64,000 nt of DNA from Pachysolen tannophilus NRRL Y-2460 (lineage: Eukaryota): the NCBI GenBank assembly GCA_001661245.1, contig KV454018.1, forward strand, positions 867,996 to 931,995, read 5' to 3'. A model generated the notes under the pieces. That model saw only the letters and a program-made list of their open reading frames with translations. It was not told the DNA's origin and did no database searches. This document shows positions 43,156 to 54,568 of the stretch, one piece after another; within the stretch, counting starts at the first letter, position 1; every line of letters starts with the position of its first letter. The position numbers and the translations under genes are program-made.

Positions 43156-44649
43156 CTAATTTAGTTGTATTCTTTCAAGTTGAATACGAAAGTAAAAAAT
43201 TATATATATGGTGACGGCCATACCTATTGCACCAACACTGCAATAAACTGGAATTGCAAATTGTTCTTGTTTGTTAAAAATTAATGTTAAAAGACATGAT
43301 AAAAGTTCAAAGAAATTGATTAAAGATTCTTCAATACTACTAAATGATCCTCTATCCGAGTCATTAACATATAATTGAATCAAATTTTGTGCTGTTAAAT
43401 CATAACACCATAATCCAATTCGACTAAAAGGTATTAATATACAGATTAACCATCGACAATAACTTAATTTCATTATAAATGAAATCAGAATTGGTAAAAG
43501 AAATAAAAATTCAGAAATAATAGAAATTAACCCCATTTTTATTATTCCAATTCTTGGTAAAATAAAAGGAAATAAAAAAGTTGATGAAAATTCAAAAATT
43601 GTAGATGCACCTCGTAATATACCAATTTTAAAACTATCTATATCTTCAAAAGATAATAGATATGCAATTGTTGCACTTCCAAATGATAAAGATGTAAGAT
43701 ATAATAATGAATAAGAAATTGTAGGTAAACAAATAACCGATTTTTGGAAAATTTTTAAATTTTTAAAAAATTGAATACTATTGATTTTATTTAAATCATT
43801 ATGATCATCATCATCAACTTCATTATTTTCAAACTTTACTTTTGGTATTTGTAATTCAGAAACATTGTTATATACATTGACAATTGCATAAATTTCAACA
43901 GGATTACTGATCAAGATAGAAATAATTATAAAAAACAGAGATATTTTAGTAGAAAACCCATTTAATGTTGCAATAAAAGTTGGACCTACTAATTTGCAAA
44001 ATAAATCTATACTTCTCATTTGAGTATTTAATTCAACCAAAAAATTTTCATTAACTGATTCATATTGATTTGAAATCTTAACTAACCAATCTCTTGATAT
44101 TGCAATCTTATTACCTATAGCACATAGTTTCTCAATTGATCCACATATTATAACAATACATAAAGTAATAAATTTAGATATCTTTGTTGATTCAATTTCA
44201 AAAATTTTTACTAATAATAATGATGATATAGATATTAAGACAGAAATTCTTTGTAAAAAAATTGTTCTCTTAACTGTTTTCAATCTTTCACCATTATCAA
44301 TAATTTTGGCAATAGTTGCAGAAAAGAAAATCCCAGATAAACATAAACAGAGTGCAAATAGAGATGATGGGAATAAAGTATTGGGATACAAATCAACAAT
44401 TAACAATATTATTCCAAATTCATAAACTCTAGCATTCCAAACATATAAAAAATGAGACAAATATAATTTTTTCTTTATTTCATTTTTGGTAATAATTGGT
44501 TCATCAATATCATCAAATGAGTTAGGTTCTTCAACGGAAAAATTATTATCGTTCTCAGTCTGATCCAGTTCAGTCTGATCCAGTTCAGACTGATCCAGCT
44601 CAGACTGCTCCCAATCAGCCTGATCCCGATCACGTAAGTGATTTTCCAT
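43156..44649 (-). CDS. Ferroportin / IREG (SLC40) family metal transporter
   Basis: LYLSHFLYVWNARVYEFG, ISRDWL, NTQMRSIDLFCKLVGP, LYLTSLSFG, SRIGLWCYDL; about 11-12 TM helices. Confidence 0.85.
   Translation of the reverse strand: MENHLRDRDQADWEQSELDQSELDQTELDQTENDNNFSVEEPNSFDDIDEPIITKNEIKKKLYLSHFLYVWNARVYEFGIILLIVDLYPNTLFPSSLFALCLCLSGIFFSATIAKIIDNGERLKTVKRTIFLQRISVLISISSLLLVKIFEIESTKISKFITLCIVIICGSIEKLCAIGNKIAISRDWLVKISNQYESVNENFLVELNTQMRSIDLFCKLVGPTFIATLNGFSTKISLFFIIISILISNPVEIYAIVNVYNNVSELQIPKVKFENNEVDDDDHNDLNKINSIQFFKNLKIFQKSVICLPTISYSLLYLTSLSFGSATIAYLLSFEDIDSFKIGILRGASTIFEFSSTFLFPFILPRIGIIKMGLISIISEFLFLLPILISFIMKLSYCRWLICILIPFSRIGLWCYDLTAQNLIQLYVNDSDRGSFSSIEESLINFFELLSCLLTLIFNKQEQFAIPVYCSVGAIGMAVTIYIIFYFRIQLERIQLN
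44552..44609 (-). repeat. 15-bp coding tandem repeat in the ferroportin N-terminus
   Basis: Approximately (GAACTGGATCAGWCT)n, encoding E-(L/S)-D-Q-S/T. Confidence 0.75.
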
Positions 44650-44877
44650 TACCAACTTTCTCTTCTTTAATTGATTTTCCAAATGAAATAACTGAAAAAT
44701 ATTTTTCGTCTTACCTTTGGGTCAATAAATTAAGAAAAAAAAAAATTTAAAAAAAAAAAAAAAACTATAGAGGTTATACCCAAACTAAAATACCCATTTA
44801 TTACAAAAAAAAAATTATTTGGTAGCTATAATGATAAATAATATTATTTAAGAAACAATTTTGTGCAACCAAATCAT

Positions 44878-45500
44878 TTAAATTCCAACATTATTTATAA
44901 ATCTACTAGCCATAAAGATTTTTTCACCATTCATATTATCTTCTTTAATAAAGCCACCAATCGCGCCATCTATTTCCTTTTCCGTTATTTTGGTATCGGA
45001 AGTGGCTGATGAATCTGAATCTTTTTGGTTTAAATTTAAAATATTAGTTTTCAATTCTTCAACGTTGATTTCAATCTCCCCATTAGCAGAAGAACCATTT
45101 TTATTAAAAACTCTTAATGATTTCATCAAATTTTCCGATGATAATAAATCTTTACCGCCCATGATCTTAAGAAAAATTGGAAATGTAATCTCATCAAGAC
45201 CTTTCAACATGTTATTAACATATTTTTCATTTTTAGTATTATCATCTAAATTTTTGAATGTTTGAAGCAAATCCTGTTTTGTGATTTTCCCATTACTGTC
45301 TTGATCAATAATTTCAAATATTGAACGAAGTACAGATATTTGTTCTGGCGAAAATGATTGCATTGTAGAATTTTTATTAGACTAATGCGAATAAGCGAAA
45401 AAAAAAAGAAAGAAAAAAAATCAGGCAGTTAGTTTCAATAAGTTCAAAAAAACTATAACAAAGAAATTCAAAGTAAATCAGTTCCTATATAACTTACCAT
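44878..45500 (-). CDS. MLC2: Myosin II regulatory light chain (ATG-only exon 1, intron 45497-45382)
   Basis: ATG|GTAAGT..AACTAAC..TAG|TCT AAT AAA AAT TCT ACA ATG is in frame; EF-hand IDQDSNGKITKQDL; syntenic with YPR188C. Confidence 0.8.
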
Positions 45501-45588
45501 CTCCCTTGAGTATTAATGATTTGTTTAATTAGAATTATAATTGTAGTCAAGTTGGTAGGATTTGCAATTGTTCAAAATAAATGAAAAT

Positions 45589-45677
45589 GTAAACAAAGAA
45601 AAAAAAAATCACTAAAAAATCCAAAAAGGGAAAAAATGTAATAAATTTACCCAAAAAAGAAGTTTCCTAATTAGGCA
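45589..45677. promoter_or_regulatory. Forkhead and Mcm1 sites upstream of MLC2
   Basis: GTAAACAA at 45589 and TTTCCTAATTAGGCA at 45663. Confidence 0.5.
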
Positions 45678-46071
45678 GTATATACAGAATCATCATCATT
45701 AACATCGTTATAATCATCATCACCATCATCAGGAGCAGTACCAAAAGTAAGAGAAATAAGAAACATTAGTTCAGGAATTAGTGTAATTTATTAGAATACA
45801 GAGTCAAAAAAAAGGGAAAACATGGGAAAGAAATAAATAAGAAAACAAATAAAAATTTTTTCTGGAAAAAAAAAAAAAAAAACAGTATTGAATTCATAAA
45901 CTTTTTGAAAAGAAATCTATATTTTTTCTTTTTTTTGTTTTGTTTAGCTCTTTATTGTTCTCGGAGTTCTTTTATTTCCAAAACCAATAAAGAATGCAAG
46001 TTTGTCATTTGATTTCTATTGAACATTTGAACTTTACAGTGTTTTTTGTATGTTGTTGTTGTTGTTGTTAT

Positions 46072-46371
46072 CTACTCTTCCATCTTGACATCTTTTTTAT
46101 TATTAGCTTCATCTTCGCGGTCTAAATCTTCACCAATCCATAATACGTTATTACACCTTATAAATATCTCATTACCAACAGGTACGCCTTCTGTTTCGGA
46201 CTTATTTAAGTCATACTCAAGTGTATTATAATCAAGCAATAAATTCATGTAGTTATCAAAACTTACCAACTTCCCACGATATTCAATATTATTAAACTTT
46301 AACTTGACAATTATATTTTGATTCAATAATGATGACAAAAATGGCTTTGGATTTATCGGCAGAAACGACAT
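46072..46371 (-). CDS. SMX3: Sm protein F
   Basis: PINPKPFL, EYRGKLVSFDNYMNL, EIFIRCNNVLWI. Confidence 0.93.
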   Translation of the reverse strand: MSFLPINPKPFLSSLLNQNIIVKLKFNNIEYRGKLVSFDNYMNLLLDYNTLEYDLNKSETEGVPVGNEIFIRCNNVLWIGEDLDREDEANNKKDVKMEE

Positions 46372-46705
46372 TTTCCCCAAAATTTTCTCTATCTACAAAC
46401 GAATGACAAAAATTAAAATCGATTCAATAGTATTCATATCTATTTATTATAGATTTTACAATACAATTTGATTTATTTTTGAAAAATTGACCAATTTAAG
46501 ATAAAATTACACTACTATAAAATTGTACTCATTTTCTTGGTTTATGAGCAAAACTTCATTTTGAATCAGTTCAAGTTAGTTGATTTAAACCGATTTCACA
46601 GGTTCTCTACCGTTGGAATATTGAAATAATATAATAGGATAATACATTGAAAAGAAAAAAATAAAATAAATAATAAAAAATCCTGTCTAAACCTTGACTT
46701 TTAAA

Positions 46706-48025
46706 CTATTGTTTTTCTCCAACTTTTAAATTACCCATTGATTCTTCACTTTTCATTTCATCTTTCAATTTTTCAATCTTTTTAGCTAAGTGTACTTTCA
46801 TCTTATCATGCCATTTCAAATGCCTGTTCAAATCATATTGTTTTTTAAATAGTCTTGAGCAATTTTTATATATACAAGGAATTGTTCTTTGGCTAACGTT
46901 TTCAGAAATCAAATTGATTGCTGATTCTTGTGTTAAGCAGGAGCTTAACGATTGTCCATTAATTTTTTTAATTTTGGTTTTATCTATTGTATCTGTGTTA
47001 ATTAAAGATGGTGGAGTGATTTCTATACTTCGAGGAGTTAATGGATCATCTAGTTCCACTTGGTTATTTTTTTCTTCTGTATTTGAATTAAAAAGTAAAT
47101 CATGAGGGATTTCCAAGTCAGAATGACTATCATCATAATGTTTGATCAATAAATTTTTTTTCAAAAAAGCTGCACCACATTCTTTACAATTCCATAATTT
47201 AATAAGATTATGATTATCATGAATTTTCATATGCATTTCTAAACCTATAGCACCAATACATCCTTTGTTACAAATCTTACAAACCAATTTTGGATGATCA
47301 CATTTCACATGTAATGTTAAAGCACTCCAAGTCTTGTAGTTTTTAAAACATCCAGGGTAAGTGCATTGATAACCAGGACTTTCACCGTGCAGTTTTAACT
47401 TATGATTTTCCAATCTATATGGTCTCTTGAATACTTTATTACAATCAGTACACATTAACCTATCTGGGAAATGAACAGTAGATATATGATGCTTTAATGT
47501 TTGATGTTTGAAAAAACTTTCATGACAATGTTCACAACTAAACGATTTTTCATGAACTTTTTCATGTCTTTTCAAATGCTGCATGGTATTACAACCTTTT
47601 CCACACACAGAACAGTGGAAAGGTTTTTCTATTCCATGTAAATGCTTTAAGTTATGTCTTGTTAAATGATCTTTTCTAGTAAATGATTCTTCACAACTTG
47701 AACATTGAAATGGCTTTTCACCAGTATGCGTTCGTATATGTTGTTGTAATAAAGAAGGCCTGCTATATGATTTATCACAATCACCACAAAAATATTTCTT
47801 CAATCTAGTCGATGAGCCAGAACTTGATCGAGTACTAGGAGAAGTTGCAACCACATCTGGTCTTCCTCTGCTATCATCTTGAGCAATAGTATTATATCTA
47901 TTTTCATCTTCTGATTTTCCTCTTTCCACAGTATCTTCTTCCTCACTACTACCATCACTATCAGAACTACTATAATGCCGCACAAACTCCTCCTTTATAT
48001 CCTCTCTATCTTCTCCTTCCATCAT
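46706..48025 (-). CDS. PZF1: Transcription factor IIIA (tandem C2H2 fingers plus one separated finger)
   Basis: KYFC..CDKSYSRPSLLQQH, tandem C2H2 array, spacer, final finger; divergent from RPO26 as in S. cerevisiae. Confidence 0.88.
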   Translation of the reverse strand: MMEGEDREDIKEEFVRHYSSSDSDGSSEEEDTVERGKSEDENRYNTIAQDDSRGRPDVVATSPSTRSSSGSSTRLKKYFCGDCDKSYSRPSLLQQHIRTHTGEKPFQCSSCEESFTRKDHLTRHNLKHLHGIEKPFHCSVCGKGCNTMQHLKRHEKVHEKSFSCEHCHESFFKHQTLKHHISTVHFPDRLMCTDCNKVFKRPYRLENHKLKLHGESPGYQCTYPGCFKNYKTWSALTLHVKCDHPKLVCKICNKGCIGAIGLEMHMKIHDNHNLIKLWNCKECGAAFLKKNLLIKHYDDSHSDLEIPHDLLFNSNTEEKNNQVELDDPLTPRSIEITPPSLINTDTIDKTKIKKINGQSLSSCLTQESAINLISENVSQRTIPCIYKNCSRLFKKQYDLNRHLKWHDKMKVHLAKKIEKLKDEMKSEESMGNLKVGEKQ

Positions 48026-48318
48026 CTTTCTTCTATATCACTTTACAAATACAAATTTATTCTCTAATCTAAACTCAAAAGTATTATTTATTCTTATAAT
48101 TTGTATGGCGTAAAAGTAGGTCGTGATCAAAAAAACTAAAAAGTAAACCTGGTTTCGAAAAATTTTCAAAACATAGGAAAATAGTGTGTTGTGAGGGCAT
48201 AAAGAGTAGAGTAGATAACGATTAATTCAACATAATTTATTGGTTTAAGGAGTTTACTTGGAGTTTAGAGGTAACTGTAGGTAGGTTATTATTGATATTG
48301 ATATAGATATAGTGGAAA

Positions 48319-48768
48319 ATGTCCGACATAGAAGAACCATTTAATGAAGGAGAAGAGAATGTTGCTGAATTTTCAGACAATGAATTTTATAGTGATGATG
48401 ATGGATATGATGCTGAAGAACCACAAGTAGGTGAAGGTGAAGAAACAATAGATGGTAAGACGATTGTTGTTAGTCAGCAAGGTGACAAGCAACTGTTTAG
48501 GGGAACTGTGAAGCAGCAGGCCATTTCGAAAGAAGAAAGATCCACAACACCGTATATGACAAAATACGAAAGAGCAAGAATCTTGGGTACAAGAGCATTA
48601 CAAATTTCTATGAATGCTCCTGTATTAGTTGATATTGAAGGTGAAACAGATCCTTTACAAATAGCAATGAAAGAATTAGCACAAAGGAAAATTCCATTGG
48701 TGGTTAGAAGATATTTACCTGATGGGAGTTACGAAGATTGGGGTTGTGATGAATTAATCATTGAATAG
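48319..48768 (+). CDS. RPO26: Common RNA polymerase subunit Rpb6
   Basis: [45 protein letters not shown]. Confidence 0.97.
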   Translation: MSDIEEPFNEGEENVAEFSDNEFYSDDDGYDAEEPQVGEGEETIDGKTIVVSQQGDKQLFRGTVKQQAISKEERSTTPYMTKYERARILGTRALQISMNAPVLVDIEGETDPLQIAMKELAQRKIPLVVRRYLPDGSYEDWGCDELIIE

Positions 48769-48818
48769 ATTCTAAAAATTGTAGAAACATTTTATCATTT
48801 TATTCTTTTTATTCTTTT

Positions 48819-49730
48819 TTTTTTTTTTTTTTTTCACTTTTTCATTATTATTTTATAATTAGCAAATAGAGCTATTTACAAATGGTGTCTATATAGTGTT
48901 CCGGTATTAAAAGTGAAAAAGAAAAATAGTTAGAAATAAATGTATAAAATATATTTAGTATTTTCATTGTAAAATTAGAAAAATGCTTTTAAAGCTTTAT
49001 ATCCAACTAAATTTGTTTGATTTAAAAATAAACCTCTTTGGATTTGTCTTAGTGTCCCGCATTTTATTAATGATTTACTTAATACTTCTGTGCTGGTCTT
49101 TGAAGTTTTCGAAGTGACTTCTAAAGTCAATCTATCATCCAAGTTTTCCCATGTCTTATAATCATTAGGAAACATCAAGGCTGATCTTTGCCATGGTTTA
49201 TTAGACTCTGGATTTTTTTCTTAATCGTTTATTTATCTCATTTATCTGGAAAGGTACCGACCTATGGGTATCACTTATCAAATATTCTAAATTCAAATTT
49301 TTCAAATCATCCAACACCGCTGGTAAGACGTCATCCAAGTTTTCAACTAACGATATTGCTCCCATAGTTAAAGCAACTAATAACGAACTGCCATGATTCT
49401 CAATATATGTAAATAACTGATCAACAGCTGCTGTCTTGGTGTCCTCTTTATCATAAGTATACAATACCTGGGAGATTAAAATAATTAATTTTTCTAATAC
49501 ACTTTTATCCTCCTCTGATCCATTTAATTCCTGATAGGTAAGAATTAATCTAAACTGTTCAAGAGATTGTTCAAAACCATCAGTGAAAAAATGACATAGA
49601 CCAATAACAACCCTTGCGCTTAAGATAATCTTCATAACTTCTTCATTGCTTTCATCGGCAGATCCTTCCAAGATATCTAATGCAAATTCTGAATTTTCTA
49701 ATGCAGCCGCATAATCCTTATTAGACAAAT
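48819..49730 (-). repeat. Duplicate of the SKI3 3' end flanking an N-gap (probable assembly overlap; one extra T)
   Basis: Matches 49817-50727 apart from a T7 versus T6 run at about 49213. Confidence 0.85.
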
Positions 49731-49972
49731 NNNNNNNNNNNNNNNNNNNNNNNNNNNNNNNNNNNNNNNNNNNNNNNNNNNNNNNNNNNNNNNNNNNNNN
49801 NNNNNNNNNNNNNNNNTTCTTTTTTTTTTTTTCACTTTTTCATTATTATTTTATAATTAGCAAATAGAGCTATTTACAAATGGTGTCTATATAGTGTTCC
49901 GGTATTAAAAGTGAAAAAGAAAAATAGTTAGAAATAAATGTATAAAATATATTTAGTATTTTCATTGTAAAA

Positions 49973-52900
49973 TTAGAAAAATGCTTTTAAAGCTTTATAT
50001 CCAACTAAATTTGTTTGATTTAAAAATAAACCTCTTTGGATTTGTCTTAGTGTCCCGCATTTTATTAATGATTTACTTAATACTTCTGTGCTGGTCTTTG
50101 AAGTTTTCGAAGTGACTTCTAAAGTCAATCTATCATCCAAGTTTTCCCATGTCTTATAATCATTAGGAAACATCAAGGCTGATCTTTGCCATGGTTTATT
50201 AGACTCTGGATTTTTTCTTAATCGTTTATTTATCTCATTTATCTGGAAAGGTACCGACCTATGGGTATCACTTATCAAATATTCTAAATTCAAATTTTTC
50301 AAATCATCCAACACCGCTGGTAAGACGTCATCCAAGTTTTCAACTAACGATATTGCTCCCATAGTTAAAGCAACTAATAACGAACTGCCATGATTCTCAA
50401 TATATGTAAATAACTGATCAACAGCTGCTGTCTTGGTGTCCTCTTTATCATAAGTATACAATACCTGGGAGATTAAAATAATTAATTTTTCTAATACACT
50501 TTTATCCTCCTCTGATCCATTTAATTCCTGATAGGTAAGAATTAATCTAAACTGTTCAAGAGATTGTTCAAAACCATCAGTGAAAAAATGACATAGACCA
50601 ATAACAACCCTTGCGCTTAAGATAATCTTCATAACTTCTTCATTGCTTTCATCGGCAGATCCTTCCAAGATATCTAATGCAAATTCTGAATTTTCTAATG
50701 CAGCCGCATAATCCTTATTAGACAAATGAAATCTTGCTAAAGTAGCTTTAGCTCTTGCAAAACCAACCAAAGTATAATCGTCTTCTGTCTTCTCATATTT
50801 AGATTCTAATATATCACATAACTGAGATGCTAGTTTTATACCTTTCTCGCGATCTTCTAGTCTTTCTAAAACAATCAAAAAAATATTTAATGCAAATTTA
50901 TCTTCTGGAAATTTGATCAAATAATTATTTAAAGCAAAATTAGCAATACTTAATTCCTGAACTTGCTCTAAATTTTCCATATTTCCATGTATACCAATAT
51001 GCTTTTGAATAATAGCATTACCATATAATAATTGGCCAATTGAAGATCTACCATTAGACAAAGTAAATCCATGAGTATAAAATTTCCACGAATTCTCTAA
51101 ATTTCCTGAAATTTCATCAACCAATGCACTTCCTAACCATCCATTACTTGACTCGGGTGATATTGTTTCAACTCTTTGGAAAGCTTCTTTCGACAACTCA
51201 AGGTCATGATTTTTTAAAAACAATGTGGCTAAGTTAGACCAGATCAATGAGTCTTTAGGAGATAACGATATAGCTTTGATAAAACAATGTTGAGAAATCT
51301 TAGGATTCCCACTGAAGTAAGTTGAGATGGCTAATCCAACCCAAAATTCTGAATTAATGGCCTCCAATTGTATCGCTTTCTTGAAGCATTTAATGGAATA
51401 ATGAATTTTCAAAGGAACGGTACGGTCATGTTGGAATGAATATAGATAAGCTAATCCTAAATTGTAGAATAAAGAAGCTCTCAAACTACGAGACGAGTTC
51501 TCTGACATAGTAACTAATGCGTTTACAGAGCATTTGAGTAAAAAGCCAGTTAGCACATGAACAAGATTTCCTTCCTCTTGAGATTCTTCCTTCAATATAT
51601 TATCTCCAAAGTATTCTCCAATCAAAATAGTGCTATCGACTTGATTAATGATACTAGAAATTTGTGATAGATTTATTTGATTTAATTTTGTCTGAGTATT
51701 CAAATATATGTTTATAATTTGAGTTAAACTTTTCCATAGTCTCTGAGATTTAATGAGTTCGGGATTTTGTATGTTATTATACATAACTTCAATTGCGGTA
51801 GTACAGCAATTTATTGCTCTACCAATGAATCCATCTAGAATATAATCTTGTGCTTGCTCTGTTAAGATTTCAAACAATGCAGTTATTATTGGTATGTCAG
51901 AGCCATTATAGGAAAGTAACTTGTACAAATTTTCAATTGAACTTTGAAAATCGCCGATTTGCAGCTGAACTAATGATAGCATATAAAATAAATACCAGTG
52001 ATTCTTTAAGAGTTCCTCTTCTGTTTTAGTATTCCGAAGAATATTAATAGAATGCTCAAACACTTTTAAAGCTGAATCAAATCTCCCAGATCCGTAATAT
52101 GCTTCACCTAATCCCGACCAACTGGCAACGTCATCCTTCTTTAATCTAATCGAATTTTGGAAAAACTCAATTGAACTTGAATCTTTCTGCTGTTGCAAAT
52201 AACTGATCCCAAGAATTCTATGCGGCCAGTTCAAATCTTCAGAATCTTGAGATTTCAATAACCTTCGAGAATTATCATTTGACAAAACTCTTTGACATAA
52301 AATTTCACAGATCGACCAGTCCTGCCTATCTGCATAATAAGATACCAAGTTCTTCGCAGCTAAAATTTGGCTTGAATCTAATTCAAATGCTTTATAAAAA
52401 CACTTGATTGATCTATTTTCATCATGATGATAGTCTTTGTATATTAAGCCCAACGAAGTAAATGAAGGTGCATAAGTTTTTGAATGTTTTATAGATGCAA
52501 TTAAATATTTATAGGCTTTTTCAACTAGCTCTGTAATCTGTGATACATTGTCATTACTTTTGAGTTCTTGAATGTACGATTCTGCCAATCTCCACATTAT
52601 CAAAGATCTTTTTTCAGATGTTACTGAATCTGATATTTCAATTTTCGATAAAACTTCGTTTAATAATGATCTTCCTTCTTCAAATTCATTTAGTTTTACT
52701 TGACACCAACCCAATTCCAATTTTGCCTCTATATCATCTTTTTCAGCTATTACCTGTTCCAATAAACTTTTAGCATTTTGTAAATCTCCTCTTTCAATCA
52801 AAATTAAACCTTTTCCAATTTTGGCACTTGTACTGGAAGGAATCTCTTTCAAAACCCTTTCATACAACTCCAATGCTTTGCTAAAATTTTTAGGGGCTTC

Positions 52901-54301
52901 ATAATAAGTATAAATGATAGCTAAAGAACAAAATAAAAAGTTTTTATAATTAGGAAGAGAAATGGACGTAAATCGAGTTAAATTTGCCAACTCTTTGACA
53001 GCAAAAGTAGCTTTATTTAAAGCAGTAGAATATTCTTTCAAATGAATATAATAACTGATTATAATTCTAGAAGCTAATAAAGAATCCTGGGCTTTCTCGA
53101 AGCCAATAACCATTAATGATAAAACTTGGTCTGCAGATAACTTTATACTAGCTTTATTAACTGCATCATCCTCTTCTTTCAAAATCCCAATTTCCAGTCC
53201 ATCAACTTCTTCATCTTGATTAGATGATTCGACTACTACTTTCAGTTTTTCTGAGTTAATAGTATTGGTGCTTAATAATTCTTCAACTTTTTCACGAGGA
53301 AATGGAGAAATTTCACTATATAAGAATCCATGTAAAACTTTAATGAGACCCAACTTATTGGCATCAAATTTTTTAATAAACCAGCATATTTCTTCTAAGT
53401 TCATTTCACTTATATTTGAAAAATTAGAGCATATGAGATCAAAATAGAGAGTCCATGCAAATTCAGAAGGATGCTTTATAACAATCATACCTTTAACTGT
53501 ATCCAATAATTCTTGTAGTTGTTGATATTTTTCTTCTTCAATTGGATTACATTTCAATACTTCATAATTATAGCGCAAAAGTAAGTCTTCATATAAATAT
53601 CTTTTTTCATCATCAGAAGTATAATCTATTAATAGTTTGTATAACTTTGGTAACATAGATTTTGAATATACAACATAATTGAGGGAATTCAATTTCAATT
53701 GATCTTGTAAAGAGTTATTTAAGGGAAATTTCATGGAAATATCTTTTAAAGCTTTTGATTCTTTTTTATTAGTTATATTGATCAACTCAGTTATTGTTGT
53801 ATCATAAGGTTGAATTAATTCTCCAATTTCTCGTCCTAATTTAGTTGAAGGTAATATAGATTTTAAGAAAACTTCATAAAAATTTTCATCTTTATTATGA
53901 TTATTAAATTTCTTATTATAAATAACAATTTCTTTAGCTAATTCTTGTATTGATTCATCATTAGAAGTGGCGGTTAAAACATCAAGATATTGATCTCCAA
54001 TAAAATGATAAAATTCGGTATAATTATTACTATTCTTATAAATTAAAAATAACCCTTTCCAAGCCAATAAATTCTTATCATCAATTTCCGTTGCCCTTTG
54101 ATAAGCTTTTATTGCCTTTGATTGTTCATTAAGTCCATGAAATGCTTTTCCTTTAAAAATATAAGCAAGATAATTATTTAAATCTAAATCTAGTACTTGA
54201 TCAGCTACCTCTATGCATTCTTCTAATTCATTATTAACCAAATGCAGCTTAGCACTTCTTAAAAACTTTTTAACATTGTTACCATTATCTGAGTTTGACA
54301 T
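49973..54301 (-). CDS. SKI3: Ski complex TPR protein Ski3
   Basis: 1442 aa TPR-rich; LAWKGL, KCFYKAFELD, SQHCFIKA; synteny with RPO26 and MLC2. Confidence 0.92.
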   Translation of the reverse strand: MSNSDNGNNVKKFLRSAKLHLVNNELEECIEVADQVLDLDLNNYLAYIFKGKAFHGLNEQSKAIKAYQRATEIDDKNLLAWKGLFLIYKNSNNYTEFYHFIGDQYLDVLTATSNDESIQELAKEIVIYNKKFNNHNKDENFYEVFLKSILPSTKLGREIGELIQPYDTTITELINITNKKESKALKDISMKFPLNNSLQDQLKLNSLNYVVYSKSMLPKLYKLLIDYTSDDEKRYLYEDLLLRYNYEVLKCNPIEEEKYQQLQELLDTVKGMIVIKHPSEFAWTLYFDLICSNFSNISEMNLEEICWFIKKFDANKLGLIKVLHGFLYSEISPFPREKVEELLSTNTINSEKLKVVVESSNQDEEVDGLEIGILKEEDDAVNKASIKLSADQVLSLMVIGFEKAQDSLLASRIIISYYIHLKEYSTALNKATFAVKELANLTRFTSISLPNYKNFLFCSLAIIYTYYEAPKNFSKALELYERVLKEIPSSTSAKIGKGLILIERGDLQNAKSLLEQVIAEKDDIEAKLELGWCQVKLNEFEEGRSLLNEVLSKIEISDSVTSEKRSLIMWRLAESYIQELKSNDNVSQITELVEKAYKYLIASIKHSKTYAPSFTSLGLIYKDYHHDENRSIKCFYKAFELDSSQILAAKNLVSYYADRQDWSICEILCQRVLSNDNSRRLLKSQDSEDLNWPHRILGISYLQQQKDSSSIEFFQNSIRLKKDDVASWSGLGEAYYGSGRFDSALKVFEHSINILRNTKTEEELLKNHWYLFYMLSLVQLQIGDFQSSIENLYKLLSYNGSDIPIITALFEILTEQAQDYILDGFIGRAINCCTTAIEVMYNNIQNPELIKSQRLWKSLTQIINIYLNTQTKLNQINLSQISSIINQVDSTILIGEYFGDNILKEESQEEGNLVHVLTGFLLKCSVNALVTMSENSSRSLRASLFYNLGLAYLYSFQHDRTVPLKIHYSIKCFKKAIQLEAINSEFWVGLAISTYFSGNPKISQHCFIKAISLSPKDSLIWSNLATLFLKNHDLELSKEAFQRVETISPESSNGWLGSALVDEISGNLENSWKFYTHGFTLSNGRSSIGQLLYGNAIIQKHIGIHGNMENLEQVQELSIANFALNNYLIKFPEDKFALNIFLIVLERLEDREKGIKLASQLCDILESKYEKTEDDYTLVGFARAKATLARFHLSNKDYAAALENSEFALDILEGSADESNEEVMKIILSARVVIGLCHFFTDGFEQSLEQFRLILTYQELNGSEEDKSVLEKLIILISQVLYTYDKEDTKTAAVDQLFTYIENHGSSLLVALTMGAISLVENLDDVLPAVLDDLKNLNLEYLISDTHRSVPFQINEINKRLRKNPESNKPWQRSALMFPNDYKTWENLDDRLTLEVTSKTSKTSTEVLSKSLIKCGTLRQIQRGLFLNQTNLVGYKALKAFF

Positions 54302-54568
54302 TCTATAAGCCTAATATCATATATAGCTTGATCAATTCAATAAACAGTAGATCAATTGGTATATATATATATATATATAAGATATAATTAATTTTAATAA
54401 CCTATTTAAATTACACACTACTCTTCCTTATATTTAAATATGAATAATTAAGACAATTTTATCTATAAAAGACATAAATAAACGTAGATTTTTTTGATTT
54501 GTTTTAATTTTTTAATTTTTTTAAATTCCTTTATACTATACATGAAAGGTATATATATATTAGAGATC

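Noticed and set aside
48975..49728. SKI3 3' pseudogene fragments (67 aa and 175 aa ORFs)
   Set aside because: Gap-flanking duplicate that differs only by a homopolymer indel
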